Shown: positions 29,585-39,848, counted from the first letter of the stretch. The stretch is 64,000 nucleotides of DNA from a candidate division FCPU426 bacterium (GCA_963796105.1 CAWCKJ010000004.1:1024001-1088000), one strand, 5' to 3'. Numbers and translations are program-made. Notes: generated by a model not told the origin, from the sequence alone.

Positions 29585-31219
29585 CTAGGCCCCTTTTTTC
29601 GACCTGAAACCTACGAATAGGACCAGGATGAGCTCGCAAACAACAAAGGTGACGACGTAGGGCAGACCGCCCTTGGAAAAGCCGTAGCTGTGGAGGCCCA
29701 CGCCGAGGATGAAATTCACCCCGTACCAGGCCATCAAAACCCCCAGGAAGGCCGCCACGACGCTGATGGTGAATCCCAAGTCCCGGAGCCATCCCGCCAA
29801 ACGCCCGTGCAGAACAGCCACGTACCCCAAAAGCGCGATCAGGGCCCAGGTCTCCTTGGGGTCCCATCCCCAGAATCTTCCCCATGAATAATTGGCCCAC
29901 ACGCCGCCCAGGATGGTTCCTGCCGCCAATAGCACGACCCCCACCTGCACCACGCGGTAAAGGAGCTTGGTCTGCTTTTGGATCTTTTCCTTCTCGTCCC
30001 CGTGCTTCCAAAGGGTCCAAAGGCACAGGTGGCCGATGCCCAGTGAAAGCAAAAAGGCCGCGTAGCTCAAGGTGATGGTGAGGACATGGATGGTCAGCCA
30101 GAAATTACTGCGCAAGACGGGCTCCAGGGGCTGGATGGAGGAATCCAGGATAGTGGGGACGTTGTCGGCGAGAACGAAGCCGATCACCGCCAGGACGGAG
30201 CCTGCCGTGGCGAACTGGCGGTTCTTGAAGATGAGCTCGAAAATCCAGGCGAAGAATGTCATGCCGAATGTGACCCAGATGAGCGACTCGTACATGTTGG
30301 AAACGGGCGGCCTGCCGGCGATGAGGCACCTGAGGAGGAAGCCGTAGGCGCTGATCAGGATCCCGGCGGAGAAAAGCAGGAAACCCGGCCTGAAAAGTTT
30401 CGGCAGATTCAGGAGGACCGAAAGCCCCATTAATAGGAAGGCTCCCAGGTGGATCATCCAGGCCAGCCGAAAGGGCTTGAGGGAATTGTATTGGACCTCA
30501 AGTGAGATTTTGGAGGGATCGGCGTAATCCTTGCCTCCGATCCCTTTCAATATTTGGCGGAAATTTTCCGAATCGCGCGAGAAAGCCTGGGCATCCTGGC
30601 GGTCATAACTTTGAAGAAGGGAGGCGAAAGTCAGGAGGATTTCTCTTGTGGACTCAGGCATGGTTTGGGCGTCTTGCTGATGGGCTTTTTGCAGGATCTC
30701 CAGGGAAGCCCACTGTTGGGTATTGGGGTTTGGCACTGGGATGAGGTTGAGGGATTCCCCTGACTCAAGGTCCTCCAGTTTTTGCAAGCGCGCGAAAACC
30801 TCCAGCGACTCCTGCTCCATAGGATTCAGGGCCAGTTTTTTCTGCTGTTTATCGTAACTGCCCCTGGCCAGGGTCATGTAAGCCTCATCGGAACTTAAAA
30901 GTTTGGGCGAGACTCGTTTTTGCTCCTTGGGAACCCTCAAAAAGGCGCGAAGGTCCAGATTCTCCACCAGGATAAAATCTTTGGCGTCCCAAGGCTGCGG
31001 ATGGGAAAGCCAATCCCAAATGAGGTCCAAGGACTGGCGGTTCTCGAAGGATTCCCGGCCCGTGATAAACCGGACGGTTTCCCTGGCGAAGGTATCCAGG
31101 GGTTTCACCCTTCCGCCTTCCTGGATGGGGATGAGGGATAGGTCCTTGAAATCCAATTCCCCCGCGAAAAGGGGAGCCGAAATCACGAATAACATCGCCA
31201 GAAAAATTTTAATTTTCAT
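29585..31219 (-). CDS. ccsA: Cytochrome c synthase CcsA/ResC (system II) with N-terminal periplasmic extension
   Basis: GR.KPLDT, GRPPVSNMYES, WL.IHV, WWD domain WGRFWGWDPKETW, GLHSY. Confidence 0.93.
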   Translation of the reverse strand: MKIKIFLAMLFVISAPLFAGELDFKDLSLIPIQEGGRVKPLDTFARETVRFITGRESFENRQSLDLIWDWLSHPQPWDAKDFILVENLDLRAFLRVPKEQKRVSPKLLSSDEAYMTLARGSYDKQQKKLALNPMEQESLEVFARLQKLEDLESGESLNLIPVPNPNTQQWASLEILQKAHQQDAQTMPESTREILLTFASLLQSYDRQDAQAFSRDSENFRQILKGIGGKDYADPSKISLEVQYNSLKPFRLAWMIHLGAFLLMGLSVLLNLPKLFRPGFLLFSAGILISAYGFLLRCLIAGRPPVSNMYESLIWVTFGMTFFAWIFELIFKNRQFATAGSVLAVIGFVLADNVPTILDSSIQPLEPVLRSNFWLTIHVLTITLSYAAFLLSLGIGHLCLWTLWKHGDEKEKIQKQTKLLYRVVQVGVVLLAAGTILGGVWANYSWGRFWGWDPKETWALIALLGYVAVLHGRLAGWLRDLGFTISVVAAFLGVLMAWYGVNFILGVGLHSYGFSKGGLPYVVTFVVCELILVLFVGFRSKKGA

Positions 31220-31355
31220 CTTTTCAATCTTTCCATGTTTCGGGATGACCGGTCCACGTACCGGTGTTCTTTCAAAAATGAATTGTGGTATTTTAAGGTT
31301 TTTCCCCCTCGAAAGCGGCTAAAAATAGAAATAAAAGGAGGGAGTCCGCGCCAGT

Positions 31356-31556
31356 TCATCGTTTTTTTCGAGGGCTGAAGGGTTTTCGGGATTTCGAGGT
31401 TACCTTTTGGTAACTTTCTTCCTGGATCGGCGGGTCATCTCCTGAGAACCGGACCTTTCCCCGGAGCACGCATCCTTTTTTGCCGGGTTTGCAACCGCTC
31501 TTCACCCGGCTGCATTGGTAATCACCGACTTGGTAAGGGCAGGACCAGCCTGACAT
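31356..31556 (-). CDS. Small Cys-rich hypothetical protein
   Basis: GGAG RBS; W.CP...C......C.PG.KGCVL.G. Confidence 0.65.
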   Translation of the reverse strand: MSGWSCPYQVGDYQCSRVKSGCKPGKKGCVLRGKVRFSGDDPPIQEESYQKVTSKSRKPFSPRKKR

Positions 31557-31819
31557 GGAACTCCTTTTTAACCATTTTCTGGAAAAAACCTCCGGGGAAG
31601 ATCGGAGATGGATTGATCAGCGACCCGAAGCCCTGCCCTACGTTGCGGAGGGCCGTTCCTTGACGCAGCTTAATTTGAATATAGGGCTGAATTCAAGCGA
31701 GAGTCAACGCAATGAGCCGGTTCTTAAGGCGAAAGACCCGGCTCGGTCCGATAAAAAGCGGTCTTTTTTTTCAAAATCGCGATTGGGTTGGATTAAAATC
31801 AACGGACCCAATAAGGGGA

Positions 31820-34365
31820 ATGAAGGAGAGAGAATTGCCCAGGAAAAAAAATGAGGCTGCCACTGCAGGGCCTCCCGCAAGCCGTTACTCGGATCTATTC
31901 GAAAATGCGCAGGTCCCTTCCCTGGGAACCGATCCCGCTCAGGGGGCGGCTCATACCGCTTCACCCTGGAGTTTTGTTTATCATCATCTCGCTTCCTTGA
32001 AACTGCTTTCTATCCTGTCCGGTTTGGCCTTGGCCGCCTACGTATTCTTTTCCGTGAAACATTTCCACCCTATCGCCTCGCAATCCTATGGCCTGCCAGC
32101 GGAACGAATGCCTTTTTACTATTTTTTAATTCTCAGCGGGTTCCTCCTGGCGGTGCTGGGTTTCCAGAGGAACCCCAAAACCCTGGGGCCCCCCATCCCG
32201 GATTCCGATATAGGGAGCAAAGCGTCGCGGATCCTGCTGTTTTTCATCCTCGTCCTGGGCGCCGTCATGAGGCTCTATGGAGCCGGGGAAATCACCGGGC
32301 AATATTGGGATGACTTCGCCCTGGCTTGGGTGGACGCGAGGAGCATCGTCGACTACCATCATTTCTTTATTTTCGCCAACGCGCAGGACGGGGAACCCCT
32401 TCACGCGTACCTCCTCGCGGGGTTCATGTGGTTGTTCCCCCGCGTGAGCGGCCTGATGGCCCAGCGCCTGGTCCCCACCCTGATCGACCTATGCGCGATC
32501 TGGCTTTTTTACCTCATCGGAAAGGAGTTCGGGAAAAGAAGAATCGGCCTTGTATTTGCGTCCCTCGGCGCGGTGAACCAGGCCATGCTCTCCATGCTTT
32601 TGAGCTGCATGAGATTCTATTTGATCCCTTTTTTCATCGCGCTTTGCTTTCTCCTCACCTTCCGGCTTTTCAAAAAACCCAGTTTGTTCCACTTCCTGGC
32701 ATGGGGATTCTGCATCGGAGCGGGATATTACACATACACGGCTTTTAGGCCCTGGGGACCGTTCCTGGTTCTAGTGGTCCTGGCTTGGATTTATTACAAG
32801 GAAAAGTCTTCGTCATTCACCCTTCAGGCCTGGCATTTCAGTATTGGTTTTTTCACCCTCTTGATGGTGGCTTTTCTTTACCTCCATCGTTTCGTTTTCG
32901 AGGGAAGCAAGCTGGCCCATGGCTTGCAATGGCTGGTGGATGTCAGGGCGCCATTATTTTATGCCGTCTTCCTTCTTCTATGTTTCATCAACTTGTTCCG
33001 GCGGGAAATCCATCTGCGCAGCTCCCAAACCATTATCAAATGGGCTTTGGGCGTCCTTATGGCGGTGGCAATGGCCAATCCCATCCTGTCTATTACGGAA
33101 CTTAGCAAACGTTTGTCGCCCACCTCGACCCTCTCCAGAGGGGTGGATTCCATCGGGGCCGCGGGCGGGATCCTGTGGGAACATTTCCTCAACACGGTGC
33201 GGGGCCTTTGGTTCGCTTACCAGGGGCGGGAGGATCTGCACTTTTTCGGGGAGCCGTTCTACGACGGCGTTACCTTGACGGTTATTTTCGGGGGCCTGGC
33301 CTTTCTGGCCGCCCGCGTCAATTGGCCGGGAATATTCCTGCTGATGGCCTGCGGACTGGGTATCCTTCCCCAGGTCATGGCCGATTCCGGCGGCAACCGC
33401 CTGGTGGGATCCATTGTTCCCTTTTTATTGCTGGGCGCCCTGGGATTGGACGGCCTATTTGAGACCGCCTCCCAATCCGGGAAACTGCCAGTCAGGAAAA
33501 TGCCCTACCTGGTCTGGATCGCCTTGATCGCGGCTGGGGCCTGGATTAATTACGCCCACACTTATTTTTATTATCAAAAGGCCTATTACCCGGAGGTCTT
33601 TGAGGGCCGACAGGTCCAAAAGGACTGCGGGGCCAACCGGGTTTACCTCGGCTCCCCCCCACCCGGGCGGAGGACCCCCTCAATGAGAACAATACTGTTT
33701 ATCTTTTCACGAAATCAAACTCGATCATCCTGGGAAAGCAAGAAGCGGTTCCCAATGTAGTGGTTCTTATCAGGAATCCGGAATTCATGTATCCGGATGT
33801 TTTGTCCCGCCTGCGGCATGACTTTCCTAAGGCGGTTTGGGAGACCAATCCCTTCTATCCCGGAAGGAATGACCCGAAAGCCTTGATCCGGGTTTTCATA
33901 CCCTCGGATCAGTTGTCGGAGGATTCCGGCAGGGTCCTTTTTATCCAAAGGGCGGAGGACGCCCGCTGGACCCGGAACTATTATTCGGAAAACGGCATGG
34001 GACGGGGGGTGATTCTCACCCAGGACCGGACCGCGCAAATCATCAGCCCGGTTCCTCCGGATGTCCAAAGAAACTCTTTCTGGCCTTATCCCGGCTCCGT
34101 TTTTTCCTCCAAAATATCCGGCACTTTCGACGCGGGCGAACAAGGACGTTACGTGTTCTCGACGGAAACGGAAAACCAAATCGACTTTTGGGTGGATGGG
34201 AGTCTTCTTTTCAGCAGCCACACGAACAGGAAAAAGAAGTTCAAGAAGGGGATCAATTTGGACAAGGGTTCCCACCAGGTTCTTCTCATCACCCACCATG
34301 ACGGACAAGTCCAAATGCCTAAAATCGACGTTTCAACCCCGAACGGCGGGATGACGACCCTTTGA
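31820..34365 (+). pseudogene. GT-C (ArnT/PMT-like) glycosyltransferase with C-terminal PA14-like domain, frameshifted at a C7 tract
   Basis: ORFs 31712-33760 and 33760-34365 join in frame if one C is added at 33654-33660; LRLY..WDD and YTY motifs; PA14-like tail. Confidence 0.7.
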
Positions 34366-34368
34366 GGG

Positions 34369-35079
34369 TCAGCGGATCAGCCGGGCGAGTCCGAAGGCGG
34401 CTCCCGCCGCGAGAATTCCCGTCAAGGTCATGAAGAGCGCGCCTTTCAGGGGGTTCTGCCCCGTCACGCGGGCCTTGAAATACCCGAAAAGCAGAAGGCA
34501 GACCACGGTCAGGACCGAGGAATAAGCCAGCCCCCTCATAGGGTCCGCGCAGAAAAAATAAGCCGACAGGGGGATCAAGCCGCCGATGGCGTAGGAAAAA
34601 CCGATGCGCAAGGCCTGGTGCAGGGCCAGCCAGGGGGAGGGCTTTTCCAGGCCCAGCTCGAAGCGCATCATGAAATCCACCCACATGGAAGGGTCCTTGG
34701 CCAAATCCTCCGTGACCCGGTGGCGGGCCTCTTCGGAGATTCCGTAGGATTCCAGGATGTTGAGGATCTCGGCTTTCTCCTCCTCGGGGATTTCCTGAAC
34801 CTCCCGCGCCTCCCTTTTTTGCTCCCCCTCGTAATGCTCGATCTCGGTTTTCCCGGACAGGTACCCCCCCAGGCCCATGGAGATGGTGCCGGCGATGATT
34901 TCCGCCAGGCCCCCGATGATAATGAGAGTGTTGCTGGAAACCGCCCCGCTCAATCCCGCCGCCAAGGCGAAGGGTACCGTGAGGCCGTCGGAAAGGCCGA
35001 TGACGATATCCCGGATGGCCGTAGTGGAGATCCGATGCGTCTCGGAATGGTTATGGTGGTGGGGAATCTTGACTGGCAT
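34369..35079 (-). CDS. VIT1/CCC1-family iron/manganese transporter
   Basis: RDIVIGLSDGLTVPFAL.AG, ISMGLGGYL, FMMRFELGL. Confidence 0.95.
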   Translation of the reverse strand: MPVKIPHHHNHSETHRISTTAIRDIVIGLSDGLTVPFALAAGLSGAVSSNTLIIIGGLAEIIAGTISMGLGGYLSGKTEIEHYEGEQKREAREVQEIPEEEKAEILNILESYGISEEARHRVTEDLAKDPSMWVDFMMRFELGLEKPSPWLALHQALRIGFSYAIGGLIPLSAYFFCADPMRGLAYSSVLTVVCLLLFGYFKARVTGQNPLKGALFMTLTGILAAGAAFGLARLIR

Positions 35080-35375
35080 TTGGTTTCCTAGTACTGGGTT
35101 TTAAAAAACTTTTAGATAAAAGGCCTCGGGAAATTCCTGAAGGTGCTAGATTTTAAGCCCGGATAAAACCATAACACAAGGCTAATGGAAAACCTTAATT
35201 AGCGCCCCAATTCACCGGCTGGTTTCAGGCCCCGGCTTTAGGCGGGGGCATGCCAGCCATCCATAAAACTATTATGAAGGCTGGTATTGTACCGATCTCA
35301 ATATTTCTTTATTTCTATTAAGATGATCGGCACAAGCCGTGTACTTGGCCGGGGATCATGCCTCGGGCCAAGTGG

Positions 35376-35425
35376 CGACCCGAAGCCCTGACATCCGCTG
35401 CGGTGCGGAGGTCCGTCCCTTGACG
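35376..35425 (+). repeat. Dispersed REP-like hairpin repeat (other copies 29497-29540, 31621-31665, 43563-43600)
   Basis: Shared CCGA(A/G)GCCCTG...CG(G/A)A core; all four copies are intergenic and on the + strand. Confidence 0.65.
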
Positions 35426-35498
35426 TATTCATTTAGGCCCAAAAATCACCGGTCGGGGGGAGATAACCTGCCGGTCGGATCGAGATAATCCACCGGTC

Positions 35499-35832
35499 GG
35501 GATAACCCGGGAACAGGCCGGGATAACCTGGGAACAGCGGGACTTAAGCCGGGAACAGGTCGGGAAAAACCCGGGAACAGCGGGACTTAAGCCGGGAACA
35601 GGCCGGGATAACCTGGGAACAGCTGGACTGAAGCTGGGAACAAGCCGGGATAACCCGGGAACAGCGGGACTTAAGCCGGGAACAAGCCGGGATAACCCGG
35701 GAACAGCGGGACTTAAGCCGGGAACAGGCCGGGATAACCCGGGAACAGCTGGACTTAAGCCGGGAACAGGCCGGGATAACCCGGGAACAGTGGGACTTAA
35801 GCCGGGAACAGGCGGGATAACCCGGGAACAGC
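35499..35832. repeat. Tandem repeat: 16 x ~21-bp units forming a 42-bp higher-order unit
   Basis: GGGAACA recurs 16 times at 20-22 bp spacing; unit GGGATAACCCGGGAACAGCGGGACTTAAGCCGGGAACAGGCC. Confidence 0.95.
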
Positions 35833-35966
35833 TTAAACCGAGAACAAAGGTCGATTCGTGATAATCCACCAGTCTGGGAGCTAACCTGCCGGTTGTTACA
35901 GAGTTTTCCGCTTGGTCAGTACTGGGCTTTCCACCGATAGGGCTTTGCCAGGTTATTCGAAATAAA

Positions 35967-36443
35967 TTATGAAGCCAGGGTGATTTTGGAGAGGAGGTTC
36001 CGCTTTTCCTCATCGGAAGTGACGAGGTTCAGTTCAGGAAACAGGATGGTCTGCTCCCGGAGGTAATGGTGGTTCAAAAGCTCCTTGAAGCGGTATTGCT
36101 TCTCCAAAAGATCAATGGTTTCCTTCTTGTGGCTTTCCTGGCCCTTTATTTCATTGAAGAGGCGGTGGAGCTGGTTCATGAATTCCACGATCTTTCGGTG
36201 CTCCCCGATGAAAATCGAAAGGGCCCCGCCCCGGGCCTTGCTGCATCTTTCCTTATAAATGGGGAATAAAAGTTGTTCCTCCTCCTGCATATGCGCCAGG
36301 AGAAGTTTCTCGAATTGGTCGAGGAAGGACCAGGCCTGGGGAAATACACGCTGGAGCACCGCGAGCTGGTGTTGGTGGAAAAGCCATTCCATCTGGTAAT
36401 GAACCTGCTCAATCCTATCAAAGCCAATATTTGATTCCATCAT
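35967..36443 (-). CDS. Hemerythrin (HHE) domain protein
   Basis: H..., HMQEEE.LLFP, EHRKI, HH..RE..ILFP. Confidence 0.85.
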   Translation of the reverse strand: MMESNIGFDRIEQVHYQMEWLFHQHQLAVLQRVFPQAWSFLDQFEKLLLAHMQEEEQLLFPIYKERCSKARGGALSIFIGEHRKIVEFMNQLHRLFNEIKGQESHKKETIDLLEKQYRFKELLNHHYLREQTILFPELNLVTSDEEKRNLLSKITLAS

Positions 36444-36507
36444 TTTGTCCTTCGTTGATAATGCCTCTTAAATATTTCGGGTGAACTTGATTTTTATCAG
36501 CGGTCTG

Positions 36508-36884
36508 TTAGGCCTCCACCCTCACCGGCGTGAAACGCTCCAGGATCTTCACGCGGTCCCCCTCGGCGATCAATAGGTCCAGGTCGGGCATCAACAACTG
36601 TTCCCGCAAGTGGTGCTGGTGTAGCAGTTCCTTCAACCGCACTTCCTCCTCCAGAAGCGCGAGGGCTTCCGGGCCCGGCTCTTTCGAGGTTTGCCAGCGC
36701 TTGAAAAAAGCCTGGATGATTCCCATGGCAGCGCGGATTTTGGTGTGCTCGCTGTTCAGGGTTTGGATTGTCCCGATTTGATCCACCTGCCCGTGCTGGT
36801 CGAGGAGGGGAAAAAGATGGGCCTCTTCCTCGGACATGTGAAGGCGGACGGATTTCTCGAACCTTTCCAAGAAAGAGGTGGCCT
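36508..36884 (-). pseudogene. Hemerythrin gene, 3' part (interrupted by IS21)
   Basis: HMSEEE.HLFP, EHTKI, HH.RE; joins in frame with 39639-39748. Confidence 0.85.
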
Positions 36885-37047
36885 TGTCATTGGCCGCGAG
36901 CTTTAACCCCCTAGCTGGCCAAGCACTTTGACCCCACCTCTGGCCAGTCACTTTGACCCCCTGTCTGGCCACCGACTTTGACCCCCTTGCCAAGGGCCTC
37001 TCTAACCGTCATTCCTTTCTTTTTTCACTTCATGTGAGGAGAACGGC

Positions 37048-38604
37048 ATGACCCGACAAGGGAGGCAGAGCGACATGGCGACTATTCGTGAGATTTTGAG
37101 GACTTACCAGGCCTTGGGCGGGTTCAAACCCACTGCCCGGGCCCTGGGATGCAATAAGCACACGGTCAAGCAATACGTGCGTTGGGCGAAAGAACATGGC
37201 TTTCTCCAAGGGGAACTTCCCCTGGAAAAGGATTTGGCGAAGGCTTGGGAAGACGGCGAAAAATCCACGCCCGTTCCCGCTCATGCCTTGGAGGCCCTCA
37301 AGGGAATCATCCAAGAATGGTTGAAGGAAGATTTCACCTTGATTCGCATCCAGGAGATGCTTCAAGAGCGGCACGGGTGGAAGGGGAGTTACTCGACCCT
37401 GAAGAGGTATACGGAGCCTTTTCGCAATGAGAAACCCGCCTACGTGAGGCTGGAGGTTGCGCCCGGCGAGGAGGCCCAAGTGGATTTCGGGCTTTTGGGC
37501 CGCTTGTGGGACGAGACGCGTGGCAAGCAAGCCAAGGCCTGGGTTTTCGTGATGACCCTTTCCCATTCCCGGCATATGTACGCCGAGATTGTATTCGCAC
37601 AGGACGTGAGAACCTGGATCGCCTGCCACCGCCGGGCTTTCGAGTTCTTCAATTCAGTCCCTAAAAAAATCGTAATCGATAACCTGAAAAGCGCCATCGT
37701 CAAGGCGGCCCTCTATGATCCCTTGGCCAACCGTACCTACGTGGAATGCGCCAACCATTACGGCTTCATCATCTCCCCTTGCCGCGTCGCCACTCCACGC
37801 CACAAGGGTAAAGTTGAACGCGGCGTGCCCTATGTCCGTAATTCCTTCTTCAAGGGTCGTTCCTTCCAGGGCCGCACCGATGCCAACCATCAACTCCGCG
37901 ATTGGGTGATGAACAAGGCAGGTTTACGGGATCATGGCACCACCCGGCTTCAACCCTTGGCCGTCTTCCAGAGCGTGGAACAGAAGGCCCTTTTGCCCCT
38001 GCCTACCGCGGCTTACCATCCAACTTTCTTCAAAGAAGCCACTCTGCACCCCGATTGCCACGTAGTCGTGGAAGGTTCCTATTACTCGGCTCCCTACCGT
38101 CTTCGGGGCCAAAAACTACTGGCCCAATTAACCGACACCACCGTTGATATATTTCTCAAACACGAATGCGTGGCTTCCCACGCCAAGGCCACACGCAAGG
38201 GAACCTGGCGCACCAACCCGGGCCACTATCCCCCTGAAAAAGCGGTCTTCTTGGAACGAACCCCACAATGGTGCCTCAAACAGGCCCAGGCCATTGGACC
38301 TAATACCCATCAATTAATCCAACTCCTGCTGGAACACTCCCACCCCCTGGACCATCTGCGCAAAGCCCAGGGCATTCTGCGCTTGAGGGAAAAGTACCTG
38401 CCTTCCCGTCTGGAGGCAGCCTGTCTAAGGGCCCTCCATTTCGGAAACTACACGTACCAATCCATCAAAAACATCCTTCAAAAGAACCTCGATCAAAACC
38501 CGTTGGACCCGCCGTCGGATCCTTCACTCAAACCCCAGTCGTCTTTCGATTTCGCCCGGCCCGCGGAGGATTTCCTCCGTGCCTTGGCTCTGGATAAAAA
38601 TTGA
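37048..38604 (+). CDS. istA: IS21 transposase
   Basis: PGEEAQVDFG, DNLKSA, KGKVERGV. Confidence 0.96.
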   Translation: MTRQGRQSDMATIREILRTYQALGGFKPTARALGCNKHTVKQYVRWAKEHGFLQGELPLEKDLAKAWEDGEKSTPVPAHALEALKGIIQEWLKEDFTLIRIQEMLQERHGWKGSYSTLKRYTEPFRNEKPAYVRLEVAPGEEAQVDFGLLGRLWDETRGKQAKAWVFVMTLSHSRHMYAEIVFAQDVRTWIACHRRAFEFFNSVPKKIVIDNLKSAIVKAALYDPLANRTYVECANHYGFIISPCRVATPRHKGKVERGVPYVRNSFFKGRSFQGRTDANHQLRDWVMNKAGLRDHGTTRLQPLAVFQSVEQKALLPLPTAAYHPTFFKEATLHPDCHVVVEGSYYSAPYRLRGQKLLAQLTDTTVDIFLKHECVASHAKATRKGTWRTNPGHYPPEKAVFLERTPQWCLKQAQAIGPNTHQLIQLLLEHSHPLDHLRKAQGILRLREKYLPSRLEAACLRALHFGNYTYQSIKNILQKNLDQNPLDPPSDPSLKPQSSFDFARPAEDFLRALALDKN

Positions 38605-38617
38605 GGAGGAAGCATAT

Positions 38618-39397
38618 ATGGAAAATAAACATCAGTTGGAGCCGCACCTGAGAAGGTTAAAACTCGCAGGTATGTTGGAGACGCTGGAAATCCGAAACCA
38701 GCAGGCCATTGAATCCCAGATCGGTTATATGGATTTCCTTGGCCAGTTGCTGTTGGATGAGCTGGAGCGCCGCCAAGTGGGCCAACTCCAAAGAAGGCTG
38801 AAAAAGGCGGGCTTCTCAACCCATATGACTCTAACGGGGTTCGATTTCGCCTTCAACCCGGCCATCAACCGGCAACAAATCCTGGATTTGGGTACTTGTT
38901 CTTTCGTGGAGCGAAAAGAGAACCTATTTTTCATCGGTCCCTCAGGTGTGGGCAAAACCCATTTGGCCTGCGCTTTGGCCCATGAAGTCTGCCGCAAGGG
39001 TTATGAGGTACTCTTTATCAAGACCTCGCATGCGGCCCAACGATTAGCGGCCTCGCGCGGGGACGGTACCTGGGAAAACCGATTCGCATCCTTCCTGAAA
39101 CCCGACCTCTTGATCCTGGACGACTGGGGTCTCAAGCCCTTCGACACCAAGGTCGCCGAGGATTTTTACGACATCATCTGTGAGCGTTATGAAAAGGGCT
39201 CCTTGATTTTTACCACCAACCGCAGTCTGCGGGAGTGGCCGGAGCTTTTCGGCGACGCCCTCCTAGCCTCGGCTGCCATGGACCGCCTGGTCCACCATGC
39301 CACTGCCGTCGTCATTCAGGGCCCTTCCTTTCGGACCCGTTCCATGCGCGAAGAAATGAAAAAAGAACACAGCAGGGAAAAAGAGGCAAAACTATGA
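38618..39397 (+). CDS. istB: IS21 helper AAA+ ATPase
   Basis: GPSGVGKTHLA, LLILDDWG, TTN, DRLVHHA. Confidence 0.96.
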   Translation: MENKHQLEPHLRRLKLAGMLETLEIRNQQAIESQIGYMDFLGQLLLDELERRQVGQLQRRLKKAGFSTHMTLTGFDFAFNPAINRQQILDLGTCSFVERKENLFFIGPSGVGKTHLACALAHEVCRKGYEVLFIKTSHAAQRLAASRGDGTWENRFASFLKPDLLILDDWGLKPFDTKVAEDFYDIICERYEKGSLIFTTNRSLREWPELFGDALLASAAMDRLVHHATAVVIQGPSFRTRSMREEMKKEHSREKEAKL

Positions 39398-39638
39398 GAA
39401 ACCCATCGTTCGATGCTGTCTTATTCGTGCAATCTTGCGCCTATTGGTTACGGGATTTGCGCGGGACTTCGTATCATCCAATGTTGGGGAAGCAAAACGC
39501 ATCTTGTGAAAGGAGTTTGATGGGTCTAAATTAATCTAAAAAAGAGGCCCCGCAAGGCAGGGGTCGAAGTCCCCGAAACAGGCACCCCTCGAAGTGCCCA
39601 AAAGAGGGGGGGCAAAGTAGGCGGCCAGGGGGGTTAAA

Positions 39639-39748
39639 GTGGCCTGAAGGGGATCGTGTTTGAGGATAAAAAGCTGGTGCTGACGGATCAGCCATTCCAA
39701 CTGCGCATGGACCCATTCGATTTTCGCGAAACTGCTGTTGTTTTCCAT
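39639..39748 (-). pseudogene. Hemerythrin gene, 5' part (interrupted by IS21)
   Basis: MENN...VHAQLEWLIRQHQL aligns with the N-terminus of the paralog at 35967-36443. Confidence 0.85.
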
Positions 39749-39848
39749 GAAGCCGCCTATTCACTCACTAGGGCAGTTTACCACTTTTGGCGGGTGGGAA
39801 TAAGGGAAGCGTCCAGGGAGGAAGTGAAATAAGGTAAAGATAGAAACG

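Larger units (their letters stand above)
36885..39638 (+). mobile_element. IS21-family element
   Basis: TGTCA left end, four ~25-bp CTTTGACCCC repeats (36901-36990), inverted copies at the right end, 7-bp duplication GTGGCCT at 36878-36884 and 39639-39645. Confidence 0.93.

Noticed and set aside
35499..35832. CRISPR array
   Set aside because: Units are contiguous with no unique spacers, and there are no cas genes in the window
35429..36013. 194-aa PVPGLS repeat protein
   Set aside because: It overlaps the hemerythrin end, has a non-ATG start and changes repeat frame twice; coding status is unsupported
36901..36990. Mini-CRISPR or iterons (4 x 25 bp)
   Set aside because: Explained as IS21 subterminal transposase-binding repeats, mirrored at the right end
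39394..39534. 46-aa passenger ORF after istB
   Set aside because: Short, with no motif; the ATGA overlap alone is insufficient
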